Assembly: GCA_023245145.1 (NCBI GenBank)
Contig: JAHFKW010000001.1
Span: forward strand, 9,823-73,822
Reading direction: 5' to 3'
Length of the DNA stretch: 64,000 bases
From: Candidatus Staskawiczbacteria bacterium
Lineage (GTDB): Bacteria; Patescibacteriota; Minisyncoccia; Minisyncoccales; Staskawiczbacteraceae
The notes under the pieces were generated by a model. The model saw only the letters and a program-made list of their open reading frames with translations. It searched no databases and was not told the origin of the DNA. This document shows, in pieces, positions 1 through 10,624 of the stretch. Every line of letters starts with the position of its first letter. Position 1 is the stretch's first letter. Position numbers and translations under genes: made by a program.

Positions 1-580
<580 letters not shown>

Positions 581-615
581 CTACCCGCACCCACCTTTTT
601 TGGAGAAACCCGCAA

Positions 616-1167
616 ATGACTCCGACCAAAACGTATGTGGAACCTGGCTGGAAACGCCCTCCGTCGAAAGATGCGATACTCGACGAGGAAACGTATCGCA
701 AAGTCTTGCCCATCTGGGTCAAGGCTTGCGTGGATGTGATTCTCTACCTTCGAGCAGCAGACGCCTCATGGAGAATGGTGATTGCCAAACGTAAAATCCA
801 ACCCATGATGGATTGGTGGATCTTCGGTGGCCGCATCTTCGCGACTGATGAAAGCCTGCAACACGCTTTGGTGCGCAAGCTCAAAGAAGAAATCGGGCTC
901 GCCGACATCAATCCCGACAGAATCCCCAACGAACCGTTACGGATTCAGATGTACAAGTGTGCGCCCGATAACTCTGTCATTCTGGCGCCGGCATTCTGCC
1001 TGGAAATCACTCCGGCAGAGTACCAACAAATGCAGGCTAATCTGGCTGACAGTCCCGAGTATTCTGATCTGAATGCCCTGGCACCATGGGCGATTGCCGG
1101 TAATAACGGCTTCCACGAAGCCCTACGCGACTACGCAAGTTCCCTGGCAAGGCACCTCGGAATCTAA
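616..1167 (+). CDS. gmm: Nudix hydrolase, GDP-mannose mannosyl hydrolase-like (WcaH/NudD family)
   Basis: Nudix box FGGRIFATDESLQHALVRKLKEEIGL. The block KRKIQPMMDWWIFGGR aligns with WcaH GKRTNRPAQGYWFVPGGR. The gene lies between fcl and gmd. Its G+C is visibly higher than its neighbours. Confidence 0.6.
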   Translation: MTPTKTYVEPGWKRPPSKDAILDEETYRKVLPIWVKACVDVILYLRAADASWRMVIAKRKIQPMMDWWIFGGRIFATDESLQHALVRKLKEEIGLADINPDRIPNEPLRIQMYKCAPDNSVILAPAFCLEITPAEYQQMQANLADSPEYSDLNALAPWAIAGNNGFHEALRDYASSLARHLGI

Positions 1168-1177
1168 CCAACACAAA

Positions 1178-1209
1178 GGGCGCGATACCCCAGTATCGCG
1201 CCCTTTTTT
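1178..1209 (+). terminator. Rho-independent terminator between convergent gmm and gmd
   Basis: Stem GGGCGCGATAC / GTATCGCGCCC with loop CCCA, followed by TTTTTT. Confidence 0.6.
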
Positions 1210-1221
1210 ATTTTAAAAATT

Positions 1222-2295
1222 TTAATCATTCCTCCACCATTTGTTGGTAAACTTTTCTTGGATAACCCTATCTCCACCTCCCGGTGCCTGCAAATTCATC
1301 TGCCTGACCACTTGCCTGGCATCGGAGTCCACCATGATTTTACACAAATCCGTAAATTTTACCTTCGCCTCCCATCCCAATTTTCCTTTAGCTTTATTGG
1401 CATCACCAATGAGCGATTCCACTTCTGCTGGCCTAAAATATCTTGGATCAATTTCCACATAGTTTTTATAATCCCCCAGACCCGCATACCTAAATGTTTC
1501 TTCCAAAAATTCTTTAACTGAATGGGTTTCTCCTGTAGCTATTACATAATCATCTGGTGTTTCTTGCTGAAGCATTAAATACATCGCTTCCACGTATTCG
1601 GGCGCAAAGCCCCAATCGCGCCGCGCATCCAAATTTCCTAAATATATCTTTTTATCCAAACCGGCTTTTATTCTGGCAATGCCTCGCGTAATTTTACGAG
1701 TCACAAAAGCCTCTCCCCGACGCGGACTTTCGTGATTAAACAAAATACCATTGCAGGCAAACATGCCATAGGCCTCGCGATACAATCGAGTCATATCAAA
1801 AGAAAAAACTTTGGCCACGGCATAGGGACTTCGCGGATGAAACGGCGTTACTTCATTTTGTGGTGGTGGGGTTGAGCCAAACATTTCGGAACTGGCTGCA
1901 TTATAAAACTTAATCGGCAAACCTGAATTTCTAATAGCTTCCAGTACACGCAAAGTTCCTAGAGCATCGGTGTTAGCTGTATATTCTGGCATATCAAAAC
2001 TCACCCTAACATGCGATTGCGCACCCAAGTGATAAATTTCATCGGGCTTAATTTCGCTAATAATTCTTTGAACATTTCCCATGTCCGTCAGATCCCCCAA
2101 ATGTAAAAACAACCTTGCCCCACTGGTATGCAAATCTTGATAAATATGATCTATACGGGAAGTGTTAAACGTACTGGATCGGCGAATAATTCCATGCACT
2201 TCGTATCCCTTGGACAACAAAAGCTCGGCCAAGTACGAACCGTCTTGCCCCGTGATTCCCGTGATCAACGCTTTTTTTATTTTTGTGTTTTCCAT
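1222..2295 (-). CDS. gmd: GDP-mannose 4,6-dehydratase
   Basis: Sequence [34 protein letters not shown], with the Gmd-specific NHESPRRG block and YAVAK. Confidence 0.9.
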   Translation of the reverse strand: MENTKIKKALITGITGQDGSYLAELLLSKGYEVHGIIRRSSTFNTSRIDHIYQDLHTSGARLFLHLGDLTDMGNVQRIISEIKPDEIYHLGAQSHVRVSFDMPEYTANTDALGTLRVLEAIRNSGLPIKFYNAASSEMFGSTPPPQNEVTPFHPRSPYAVAKVFSFDMTRLYREAYGMFACNGILFNHESPRRGEAFVTRKITRGIARIKAGLDKKIYLGNLDARRDWGFAPEYVEAMYLMLQQETPDDYVIATGETHSVKEFLEETFRYAGLGDYKNYVEIDPRYFRPAEVESLIGDANKAKGKLGWEAKVKFTDLCKIMVDSDARQVVRQMNLQAPGGGDRVIQEKFTNKWWRND

Positions 2296-2675
2296 AATTT
2301 TTCAAGTGGCACCTCTAGGCGATAGGTATCTTTTTCATAATTTTTTCCACCCCTTAGTCCGTCGGCAAAAGCAAAAAATACGGTGTCTTTATTGGCGATA
2401 ATAGCATGGCACTCTAAGGGTTGATGGATTATCAAATCATTGGGTTTTAAAATAGTGCGGCTTACTTTTTTCTTACCAAATTGCTGGGTTAACACCGTCA
2501 ATTGTCCACTGACAACAAAGGTATACTGCATAGAATTTTTATGATAGTGATTCCCGCGTACTGCTCCCTTTTTTGAAAAAATGATCGTAGCATGATCTTT
2601 GGGAGCGTCGGTGAAAATATCGGTGATAGTGCCGCGCGCATCTTTAAAATTGACTTTTTTGTGTTGTATTTTCAT
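2277..2675 (-). CDS. Cupin-fold sugar ketoisomerase-like protein (WxcM C-terminal/FdtA-like)
   Basis: About 130 aa cupin with conserved His residues (GNHYH...H) in a nucleotide-sugar modification cluster. Confidence 0.4.
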   Translation of the reverse strand: MKIQHKKVNFKDARGTITDIFTDAPKDHATIIFSKKGAVRGNHYHKNSMQYTFVVSGQLTVLTQQFGKKKVSRTILKPNDLIIHQPLECHAIIANKDTVFFAFADGLRGGKNYEKDTYRLEVPLEKLWKTQK

Positions 2676-2687
2676 AATTGTAATACA

Positions 2688-3935
2688 TTAATCTTTGTTT
2701 GAATACTTTTTTGCTTGGGGGACAATAAATGTTAAATTCAAATGTCCCAATTTCTTTTTTAAAAATTCTACGATATTCCATGATAATACCAAAGCGAATG
2801 TAATATCTTTGTTAATATCCTTATCGCTTTTTATCGGTATATGCGAACCGGGAGTAAATTTTCCAATCTTCAAAGCTGAACTATCGGTAATAAAATCTAT
2901 CAGACTATTATCTATTTTAAAATAATTAAGCAGTGTATTGCCTTTGGTGGCAGCACCAACAGCAATGACCTTTTTTCCCGACGCCTTAATTTGGAACAAT
3001 TGCCGGTATAAATTATATCTTAGCGCATTAACCTCTTTCATAAAAGATTCGTAGGTTTTTGTACTAAACAAATTGGCTTTATTTTCTGCATTAATAAAAT
3101 CTTTCACCACCTTTTTATCTGTTTTTTCTCTTGAAACATATACTCGGATAGAACCTCCCATATAATCATTCTTTTCTAAGTACTGAATATAAAATCCAAA
3201 TCTTTTAAAAAACTTCTGAAGCGGCTTTATAGCAAAATAAGAAACGTGCTCTAGGTAGATGGTATCAAAAGAAATATTCTCTACCAAGTCAAGCAAATAA
3301 GGCGTTTCAAAAATAAAATAACCGTCTTTGGTCAATAGCCGATCAATATTCTCCATGCATTCACGTACATTATTGACGTGATTAAACACATTTGTGCAAA
3401 CAATTACTTTTGCATTTCCATATTTTTTTACCATTTTCAAAACCGTTTCTTTGGAAAAAAAATTTTGAAGAGTTGGAACATGCTCTTTTCTTGCCAACCT
3501 GGCAATATTGGCAGAGGGTTCTACCCCCAAAATACGGCAGTGAATTATTTGCTCAAAACTCTTTAAAAGAGTCCCCACATTACTACCGATATCAATCACC
3601 AAATCTTTTGGCGCTATCTTAACTAATCTAACGGCCTGATCGGCCATTTCCTTAAAGTGAGCAGTGGCGATGGGTGAATTTGACGAAGTGTAGCTATAGT
3701 CCGTTTTTTGATAACGCACAGGAGCGGAGACAATATGCGAAAGTCCCGCATAGCCACATGATTTACACAAAAAAACCTGTAAAGGATAGTATTCTTCTTT
3801 CTGTTCAAGGTCCTTAAGAAAGGTATCGGCCAACGGATGCTGCCCAAGGTCAATCACTAAAGTGATATTTTTAGAATCGCAAAGTTGACACTGTTTGATC
3901 TTCATTTTTTTGTTTTTGTTCAATAAATCTTTCAA
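2688..3935 (-). CDS. NDP-sugar C-methyltransferase-like SAM methyltransferase (Zn-ribbon N-terminus + MTase + C-methyltransferase C-domain)
   Basis: N-terminal CxxC...CxxC ribbon (CQLCDS...CKSCGY), SAM motif LVIDIGSNVG, and TylCIII-like architecture. The true start is probably the internal Met near 3905. Confidence 0.55.
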   Translation of the reverse strand: MKDLLNKNKKMKIKQCQLCDSKNITLVIDLGQHPLADTFLKDLEQKEEYYPLQVFLCKSCGYAGLSHIVSAPVRYQKTDYSYTSSNSPIATAHFKEMADQAVRLVKIAPKDLVIDIGSNVGTLLKSFEQIIHCRILGVEPSANIARLARKEHVPTLQNFFSKETVLKMVKKYGNAKVIVCTNVFNHVNNVRECMENIDRLLTKDGYFIFETPYLLDLVENISFDTIYLEHVSYFAIKPLQKFFKRFGFYIQYLEKNDYMGGSIRVYVSREKTDKKVVKDFINAENKANLFSTKTYESFMKEVNALRYNLYRQLFQIKASGKKVIAVGAATKGNTLLNYFKIDNSLIDFITDSSALKIGKFTPGSHIPIKSDKDINKDITFALVLSWNIVEFLKKKLGHLNLTFIVPQAKKYSNKD

Positions 3936-4869
3936 AACAAGTATTAAAATCCGTCTTAGATTCCCACCCCAACACTTTTTTTATTTTTTCCGTACTTGGA
4001 ACATGCATCTTTACCTCTACACCAAAAAAAGTGTCGCCAAAAATTACGCCTGGGTTGTAATTTGGCGCCAGTAAATTCTTTTCCTTGCCAATCTTGACAA
4101 GAGTTTCTAGTAATTCAATTAATGTTTTTTGCTGACTACCTCCAATATTAAAAATCTGATTATTGGTTCTTACATCGGTTAAAAAATCTATCACGCCTTC
4201 CGCTAAATCCTCAACCCATGTAAAACACCTGACCTGTTGGCCCGTCCCATATATCTGCATACTTGGCGTTTTTTCAATAAACAGTTTCCGGTAAAAATCA
4301 ACGTGCACATGGGCACCTTCTTTTTTATAACTTTCCATCGGAGAGACAACATTAAATGGACGCCAAATGGTATAGGGCGTGCCATACTGTTGATGCAAAA
4401 AAGCTACTGCTTTTTCTCCAAAAAATTTAGCCAGGCCATATGAAGATTTAGGGGGGTAAATACTTTCAGTCATCTCTTCAGTAAAAGGAGCTGTTTTACT
4501 ATTTTCATAAACTATAGCAGAAGACAAATAGACAAACTTTTTAATTCTACTGCAGTTATTTATCACATTCAAGAGACAAGCTATATCGCTACTAAGAACT
4601 CCATAGGCGTCATCCTTGAACCCATCTGATGAATACTGCCTCGCTGCCGCATGAATCACATAATCAATTGTGTTTTCTTGGAAAATTTTTTCGACGAATG
4701 AAGCGTCGCCTAAGTCTCCAATGTAGACACAATCGCTATCCACGGAATTTTGCTCTATCGCTTTGATGTTAACCCTAATAATCTTAGTTTCCGGATGCGT
4801 TTTTTTTAGATGCCCAACCAAATACGTACCAATATTGCCCTCGCTTCCCGTAATTAAAACTGTATTCAT
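3871..4869 (-). CDS. NAD-dependent epimerase/dehydratase (SDR, UDP-sugar 4-epimerase-like)
   Basis: Motifs LITGSEGNIG (GxxGxxG), YxxxK (YGLAK) and a catalytic Ser region. Confidence 0.7.
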   Translation of the reverse strand: MNTVLITGSEGNIGTYLVGHLKKTHPETKIIRVNIKAIEQNSVDSDCVYIGDLGDASFVEKIFQENTIDYVIHAAARQYSSDGFKDDAYGVLSSDIACLLNVINNCSRIKKFVYLSSAIVYENSKTAPFTEEMTESIYPPKSSYGLAKFFGEKAVAFLHQQYGTPYTIWRPFNVVSPMESYKKEGAHVHVDFYRKLFIEKTPSMQIYGTGQQVRCFTWVEDLAEGVIDFLTDVRTNNQIFNIGGSQQKTLIELLETLVKIGKEKNLLAPNYNPGVIFGDTFFGVEVKMHVPSTEKIKKVLGWESKTDFNTCFERFIEQKQKNEDQTVSTLRF

Positions 4870-4931
4870 TCAATTACTATCTTCAGATTATTACTATACA
4901 ATCTATCACAAAGCTTGTCATTTTGCAAAAG

Positions 4932-5960
4932 TTATATCAGTTTAATGTAGCTACGATATATCACGTCCGCCATCTTATTCCACGTAAATTGCTTGGCTCT
5001 AGCTCTTCCTTTTTCAATAAGCTTTGTCACAAAAACTTTGTCGGCCAGTATCATTTCAATTTTTTGAGCCAAATCATCGGCATTATTTGGGTCAAACAAA
5101 AGTCCCGAATCACCGACCGATTCCGGCACTGCTGAGGCGCTTGAAGCCACCACTGGGCAACCAGATGCCATAGCTTCCAGTGGAGGTATTCCAAAGCCCT
5201 CATACAGCGATGGATAAATAAAAACTGTGGCATTTGAGTAGAGTTTTGCTAAACGCTCATCATCGCAAAACTCTTGCCTAATCCAAGCTACTCCGTTTTT
5301 AGTATTTTGTATTTTATTTTTTTGAGCGTCAGTTAAATCTTTCTCACCACCCACCAATACCAAGTCAAAATTCAGAAAATATTGCCTATGAATAAAGGTA
5401 TCCAATAGCAGATTAAAATTTTTATACTTATAACTTCGTGGGCCAACATACAACATGTAAGGGCGCGAATTATTTTGGAAAGTAGTTTTAATTTTAAAAA
5501 ATATTTCGTTAACACCTGGATAAGCAACTACTATTTTTTGGGGGGTTATTGTTGGATATAACCTGCAGATATCTTTTTTAGTGTGTTCTGAAGAAGAAAT
5601 AATCACGTCTGATTTCAGAAGGGCATGTTTTTTAAATGCTATGATTTTTTGGTTGCTACCAAATAGCTCATGAATCATATCATAAGCATTAATCACCACC
5701 GGACCTTTGGGATACTTGGGGATGCGATAATACAAAGAATGAAAAATAGTCTTTTTATTGGCATACATTCCATACCAAATGTTCATGAAAACAATATCCA
5801 AAAAACTGCCAATTCGGCCTAACAAAAATCCAGGTTTTCTGTAATAGAACCTTTGAACATCTTTAAATCTATCCAGAGATTTTATCAATTCAAAACTTAA
5901 GCGGCTGATACCGCCCGGCTTTTGACGCGTAAAAACATTGCCATCAAAAAAAACTTTCAT
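4932..5960 (-). CDS. Glycosyltransferase family 1 (GT4-type)
   Basis: C-terminal EGFGIPPLEAMASGCPVVAS signature. Confidence 0.8.
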   Translation of the reverse strand: MKVFFDGNVFTRQKPGGISRLSFELIKSLDRFKDVQRFYYRKPGFLLGRIGSFLDIVFMNIWYGMYANKKTIFHSLYYRIPKYPKGPVVINAYDMIHELFGSNQKIIAFKKHALLKSDVIISSSEHTKKDICRLYPTITPQKIVVAYPGVNEIFFKIKTTFQNNSRPYMLYVGPRSYKYKNFNLLLDTFIHRQYFLNFDLVLVGGEKDLTDAQKNKIQNTKNGVAWIRQEFCDDERLAKLYSNATVFIYPSLYEGFGIPPLEAMASGCPVVASSASAVPESVGDSGLLFDPNNADDLAQKIEMILADKVFVTKLIEKGRARAKQFTWNKMADVIYRSYIKLI

Positions 5961-6733
5961 TTTATTCTATTTTTAATACTTCTCAATATATTATAAAAAA
6001 AATACTCTAATCTAGCAAAATTAATCTTACTTAAAAGTTTACTTTTAAAAAATATATGCGATGTAATATTGGGAAAAAAGACATATCCGTAGCCATATTT
6101 TTTAGCCAATAAATACAAAGCCCTTGAAGAATACATCGCGGTGTGACCACCATCCGCGTGCAAATATTCCCAGTCGGGTAATTGACTATCACCAATCATA
6201 TCAACTAAGCAGGTGGTAAACATAAAAATATCCGGACGTAGTTGTTTTAAAAAATTCCATTCTTTAATATCAACTACATGCTCAACCAACTCCACGGCGC
6301 ACAACACATCCGTTTTTACGGGTTCATCCAATACCGTGTAGTCACCCAAAAAAGTCGGTTTTTCATACTTGTCGTAATAAAAAATCTTATATTTTCTATT
6401 CATAAGAGAAGCAAGATAACCATTCCCGCCACCATAATCTAATATACTAACTCTTTTTTTAAACGTAAGTGCGTGATATATAAATAAAATACCATTAATC
6501 ACTTTCAGATATCCATCCGCGCGCCCCTGCCAACCAGTGTCAACATTTAAAAAATAATCTTCTCCATACAATTTACTAACCTTCTCCTGTAATTTTTTGC
6601 TGCCCAATGCCAAATCTTTTTCAAACAAAAAACGACAGGATTCGCAAATAGCGTATTCATATTGATTACCAAGCCTATCCTTTTTAGCGGTTAAAATATG
6701 GCAAGTGCCACCACAAATGGGACAGGCAATCAT
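5957..6733 (-). CDS. Class I SAM-dependent methyltransferase with N-terminal Zn ribbon
   Basis: CPICGG...CESC ribbon and the glycine-rich motif ILDYGGGNGY. Confidence 0.5.
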   Translation of the reverse strand: MIACPICGGTCHILTAKKDRLGNQYEYAICESCRFLFEKDLALGSKKLQEKVSKLYGEDYFLNVDTGWQGRADGYLKVINGILFIYHALTFKKRVSILDYGGGNGYLASLMNRKYKIFYYDKYEKPTFLGDYTVLDEPVKTDVLCAVELVEHVVDIKEWNFLKQLRPDIFMFTTCLVDMIGDSQLPDWEYLHADGGHTAMYSSRALYLLAKKYGYGYVFFPNITSHIFFKSKLLSKINFARLEYFFYNILRSIKNRIK

Positions 6734-8214
6734 GCAATTAAAAGATTCATAGTTTCTTGTATTAATGATATCATACTATTTTTAAATAATTTATCTGTGA
6801 CATAAGTAAGTGCGCCGTAAACCATGACCCCCACAATAATGTACAAAAAGAAACTCCAAAAATTCAACACTATCGCGCTCTTGAACCCATAGACTACGCC
6901 CATCATAATGATGGTATTGGAAAACGGCGCGACAGTACTTTTAAAAAAACTGCCAGCCCCCAGCTCAAGCATTCTCATCGCCTGCACGCTAAAGCCAATG
7001 GCCGATACGAGTGCGCCTATTAGCACTACTAAAGCAGCGCCCAATATCCCCCACCACTCCATAAAGGGATACATCAATATAATGATTACTAAAAATCTAA
7101 CAAAAATCCATTTCGTCCCTACTCTTGGCCTACCCAATGCTAAAAACATATAGTTAGATAATATCGCAATGGTCAATACAAGTACCGCTAAAGACAAAAT
7201 TCTCATGGGCCACAAAGATAGCATCCATTTTTCACCTAAAAATAATGTAATAAATTCAGCGGCCATTATAAATATTCCCCCAGCTATTGGCATGAGTATA
7301 AAAGAAAAAAGCTTGAGTATCTTTAGATATACTTCTTTAACTTTGACAATATCATGTTGAATCTTTGAATAAGCCGGAAAAATGGCACCCGCTAGCGCCT
7401 CTGACCCCAAAACACTTGGAACCTTATAAGCAACTTGATAAAAACCCAAAGAAGTGATGCCAGCTATTTTCGCAACCAAGAGACTATCAGCTTGAGTGAT
7501 AAAAAAACCGATAACATTTGAACTAAAAATCCATTTTCCGTAGCTAAAAAGTTCTTTGGCTTTTGAAAAACTAAAATTAAAACGGGGAAGATAGGGGTGT
7601 ACCACATAAGAAGCAACAAATCTTACAATCGTACCTGCTAGCAATCCAAATACCAAAGCCCATACGCTATGGAAAACCAACGCTAGTGTTACTGATACCA
7701 AAAAATCAGCTACCGTACCGCTGATTTGATATAAAAAGAATTTATGAAATTGAAGCTCTTTTGAAAAATATACCACCGCGATATTAGTTAGACCACCGAT
7801 GAAAACTGTCAAACTTACACATTTTAAAATTTGCTCTGATTCTGGTGATCTAAAAAATAACGCAATGAAAGGTGCTAATAAAAATAAAATCGAAGCAAGA
7901 ATAGTTCCACGCGCTACTTGAACTATCCAGCCAGTATCAAGATATGGGGCGATATCTTCTTTTTTTTGAATTAATGCATCTTGAAAGCCGCTTTGGGAAA
8001 AAGTTTCTAACAGTGAAACGGATAACACCGTAATTCCAAAAAGACCAAAATCATTGGGTGCCAATAGGCGAGCTAAAAAAATTGTTTTAGCTAATCCCAA
8101 CAGTTGACTTACAATACGAAGAGCAAAAAGCCAAACCGTCCCCTGCGCGGTTTTTTTTGATAAACTTTCACCGGGGGTAAATAGTTTTTTAATGCTCTGA
8201 AGACTTATTTTCAT
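6730..8214 (-). CDS. wzx: Polysaccharide flippase (Wzx / MOP superfamily)
   Basis: About 490 aa polytopic membrane protein with PST-family composition, in a glycan cluster and overlapping its neighbours by 4 nt. Confidence 0.7.
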   Translation of the reverse strand: MKISLQSIKKLFTPGESLSKKTAQGTVWLFALRIVSQLLGLAKTIFLARLLAPNDFGLFGITVLSVSLLETFSQSGFQDALIQKKEDIAPYLDTGWIVQVARGTILASILFLLAPFIALFFRSPESEQILKCVSLTVFIGGLTNIAVVYFSKELQFHKFFLYQISGTVADFLVSVTLALVFHSVWALVFGLLAGTIVRFVASYVVHPYLPRFNFSFSKAKELFSYGKWIFSSNVIGFFITQADSLLVAKIAGITSLGFYQVAYKVPSVLGSEALAGAIFPAYSKIQHDIVKVKEVYLKILKLFSFILMPIAGGIFIMAAEFITLFLGEKWMLSLWPMRILSLAVLVLTIAILSNYMFLALGRPRVGTKWIFVRFLVIIILMYPFMEWWGILGAALVVLIGALVSAIGFSVQAMRMLELGAGSFFKSTVAPFSNTIIMMGVVYGFKSAIVLNFWSFFLYIIVGVMVYGALTYVTDKLFKNSMISLIQETMNLLIA

Positions 8215-9068
8215 TTTTTAATATATTGATAAGGCGGCGTGCCAAATAGTAGTTTTCTTATCCAAAAGATAATTGGCCACAACTGTTTTCGAAAAGGAAT
8301 AAAAGAATACGCATAGCTTGCCAAAGAAAGCATCAGGGCCTTTTTACTTCCGGCATAATACGGCTTGTATTTATTGTGCAGATTAAACTTTGCCAGCAAT
8401 TTACGCCTTATCTCATAATCCCGAGCACTGGCGCCCAGGCTTAACTCTTGATCGAGATAGTTTACAAAAAATTCCTGGAAGTTATGAAACTTTCCCATTT
8501 TTCCAAGCTCAAGCCACAAAGCCCAATCCGAAAAAAAACCAAACTGCTCATCGTATCCGCCAGATGCCACAAAGTGCTCTTTCTTAAAAAGAACCGCACT
8601 ATGGGAGAATACATTATCAACCAAAATAACTTTTCTGATTTCCTGGTCAGCTTGAGGCAATAAATATCTTACCACTTCCTGACCACTGCTATTAACCCTA
8701 ACTACTCCGCCGCCCACCAAGGTATATTCAGGATTTTTTTCCATAAAATTAACTTGCTTTTCCAATTTTTTTTCATCAATCCAAACATCATCATCATCTA
8801 ATCTGGTAATATACTTGCCTTTAGCAGCTGCCACGGCTTTATTCAATGTTTTTACAAAACCCAAATTGACTTCATTGTAAAGTAAACTAATCCGTGCATC
8901 TTGCCTGGCTAAATCCAATACCACCTCTGATGTTTTATCGTTTGAGGCATCATCTATCACAATAACCTCTATATTTTTAAAGCTTTGCGCCAAAGCACTC
9001 TTAATTGCCTGGCCAACTAAGTCTTGCCGGTTATACGTGGGAATAATAACTGAAACTAATGGATTCAT
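8211..9068 (-). CDS. Glycosyltransferase family 2
   Basis: N-terminal VSVIIPTYNRQDLVGQAIKSALAQSF...VIVIDDASND DxD region. Confidence 0.85.
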   Translation of the reverse strand: MNPLVSVIIPTYNRQDLVGQAIKSALAQSFKNIEVIVIDDASNDKTSEVVLDLARQDARISLLYNEVNLGFVKTLNKAVAAAKGKYITRLDDDDVWIDEKKLEKQVNFMEKNPEYTLVGGGVVRVNSSGQEVVRYLLPQADQEIRKVILVDNVFSHSAVLFKKEHFVASGGYDEQFGFFSDWALWLELGKMGKFHNFQEFFVNYLDQELSLGASARDYEIRRKLLAKFNLHNKYKPYYAGSKKALMLSLASYAYSFIPFRKQLWPIIFWIRKLLFGTPPYQYIKK

Positions 9069-9071
9069 TTG

Positions 9072-9866
9072 TTACCGCTTATTCTTTATTTCTTCCAAAA
9101 TTTCACAAACTTTTTCAATATTATCCATGTGTGGAATTAACTTTTCACGGATAATTTCTTCTGGTAAATCCCACCACCTATAACGCAAAAGCTTTTCGAT
9201 AACTTGCTCGCTAAACCGATACTTTTTAATAACTGCCGGATTGCCCGCCACTACTGCATAAGGAGGCACCGATTTGGTCACCACCGACTGGCCAGCTATT
9301 ACCGCGCCATCTCCGATATTCACTCCGGAATAAATAACCACATTGCTACCAATCCAAACATCGTTGCCAACCACTGGATTTTCTTTGCCCCAATTACTCA
9401 ACGGATACTCTTTCCAGCCAAGCATTTCTCGAAAAGGAAAACTGCTAAAATGATTCGCATAATGATTCCCATCAATCACAAAAGAGATATTCGTAGCCAT
9501 GGAGCAATACTTTCCTATGGTAACCACAGCATCTTTGCGATTCCACACCCTCACCCAAGGCTCGCCGTAACTATGCAGACCTTTAATTACCTTACCCTCG
9601 CCTACCCACCTATCTTTATTAATAAAACCAATAACAAAATATATCGTACCCAACACCAAAAAAGTATTACTTAAACCCGCCACATCCAATGGAATAAATA
9701 AAGAACCTAGCAGTAACACCATGCCCAGTAAAAAGAGCTTTTGATAGTTTGTCTTAATATCTTGCTTTTTGACAAAATACCAAAACGCCACCAAAAGAAG
9801 GAAGAACACGTAATATATATCATTTAGCCAAGTCATGGAATACATAGTATTTTTTGAGTATATCAC
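9072..9866 (-). CDS. Membrane-anchored hexapeptide-repeat O-acetyltransferase (CatB/Vat-like)
   Basis: N-terminal TM helices followed by a left-handed beta-helix hexapeptide region ([26 protein letters not shown]) and [10 protein letters not shown]. Confidence 0.75.
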   Translation of the reverse strand: MIYSKNTMYSMTWLNDIYYVFFLLLVAFWYFVKKQDIKTNYQKLFLLGMVLLLGSLFIPLDVAGLSNTFLVLGTIYFVIGFINKDRWVGEGKVIKGLHSYGEPWVRVWNRKDAVVTIGKYCSMATNISFVIDGNHYANHFSSFPFREMLGWKEYPLSNWGKENPVVGNDVWIGSNVVIYSGVNIGDGAVIAGQSVVTKSVPPYAVVAGNPAVIKKYRFSEQVIEKLLRYRWWDLPEEIIREKLIPHMDNIEKVCEILEEIKNKR

Positions 9867-9943
9867 CGAAAGCCCCCTATTGCCATTTTAATCCTCCATG
9901 ACAACCTGCCGGCAACGATTATGCGTTGGAATGATGACTGAAA

Positions 9944-10621
9944 CTAACGGTTCTTCCATGTTGTGGTGCTTTTAAATCTTTCCGCAATTTGGCAGATTTT
10001 TTCGACATCCATTCTATGAGGCATTAATTCTCTACGAATAATCTCTTCCGGCAAGTCCCACCATTTGCTCGCCAATAATCTTTTGATGACATCTTCGCTG
10101 AACCGATACTTTTTAATAACTGCGGGATTACCGGCCACCAAAGCATAGGGAGGCACGGACTTAGTCACCACTGACTGTCCTGCCACCACCGCCCCATCGC
10201 CAATATGAACACCTGAGTGAATAGTTACATCGCTACCAATCCACACATCATTGCCCACCGTAGGATCTCCCTTCCCCCAACCATCGGACTCATACTCTTT
10301 CCAACCAAAAAATTCTCTAAAACAAAATGTACTGAACGCCTTCATATTATGGTTGCCATCGATGATAAACTTCACATTATCTGCAATAGAACAATATTTA
10401 CCAATGACAACCACTGCGTCTTTTTTAACCCAAACTCTAGCCAAGGGATTACCATAACTATGCAGTCCCATTTTTACTTTACCTCGCTTGAACCACTGAT
10501 TTTTATATGCCAGGCCCACGGCAATACAAATTGAGGCAAAAACAGTTATTACAAAGTTATTCGCAATGATTCCAATGAAAAAGAGTAAAACACCAAAGAA
10601 AAATATTGTACGATAATACAT
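9944..10621 (-). CDS. Membrane-anchored hexapeptide-repeat O-acetyltransferase, tandem paralog of 9072..9866
   Basis: Near-collinear sequence with the upstream paralog (KGLHSYG...VGNDVWIGS...[10 protein letters not shown]...[14 protein letters not shown]...[10 protein letters not shown]). Confidence 0.75.
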   Translation of the reverse strand: MYYRTIFFFGVLLFFIGIIANNFVITVFASICIAVGLAYKNQWFKRGKVKMGLHSYGNPLARVWVKKDAVVVIGKYCSIADNVKFIIDGNHNMKAFSTFCFREFFGWKEYESDGWGKGDPTVGNDVWIGSDVTIHSGVHIGDGAVVAGQSVVTKSVPPYALVAGNPAVIKKYRFSEDVIKRLLASKWWDLPEEIIRRELMPHRMDVEKICQIAERFKSTTTWKNR

Positions 10622-10624
10622 AAA

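Noticed and set aside
3871-3935. 65-nt overlap between the C-methyltransferase ORF and the upstream epimerase
   Set aside because: Probably an over-extended start call. An internal Met (MKIKQCQLC) gives a conventional short overlap. This is not evidence of a frameshift or pseudogene.
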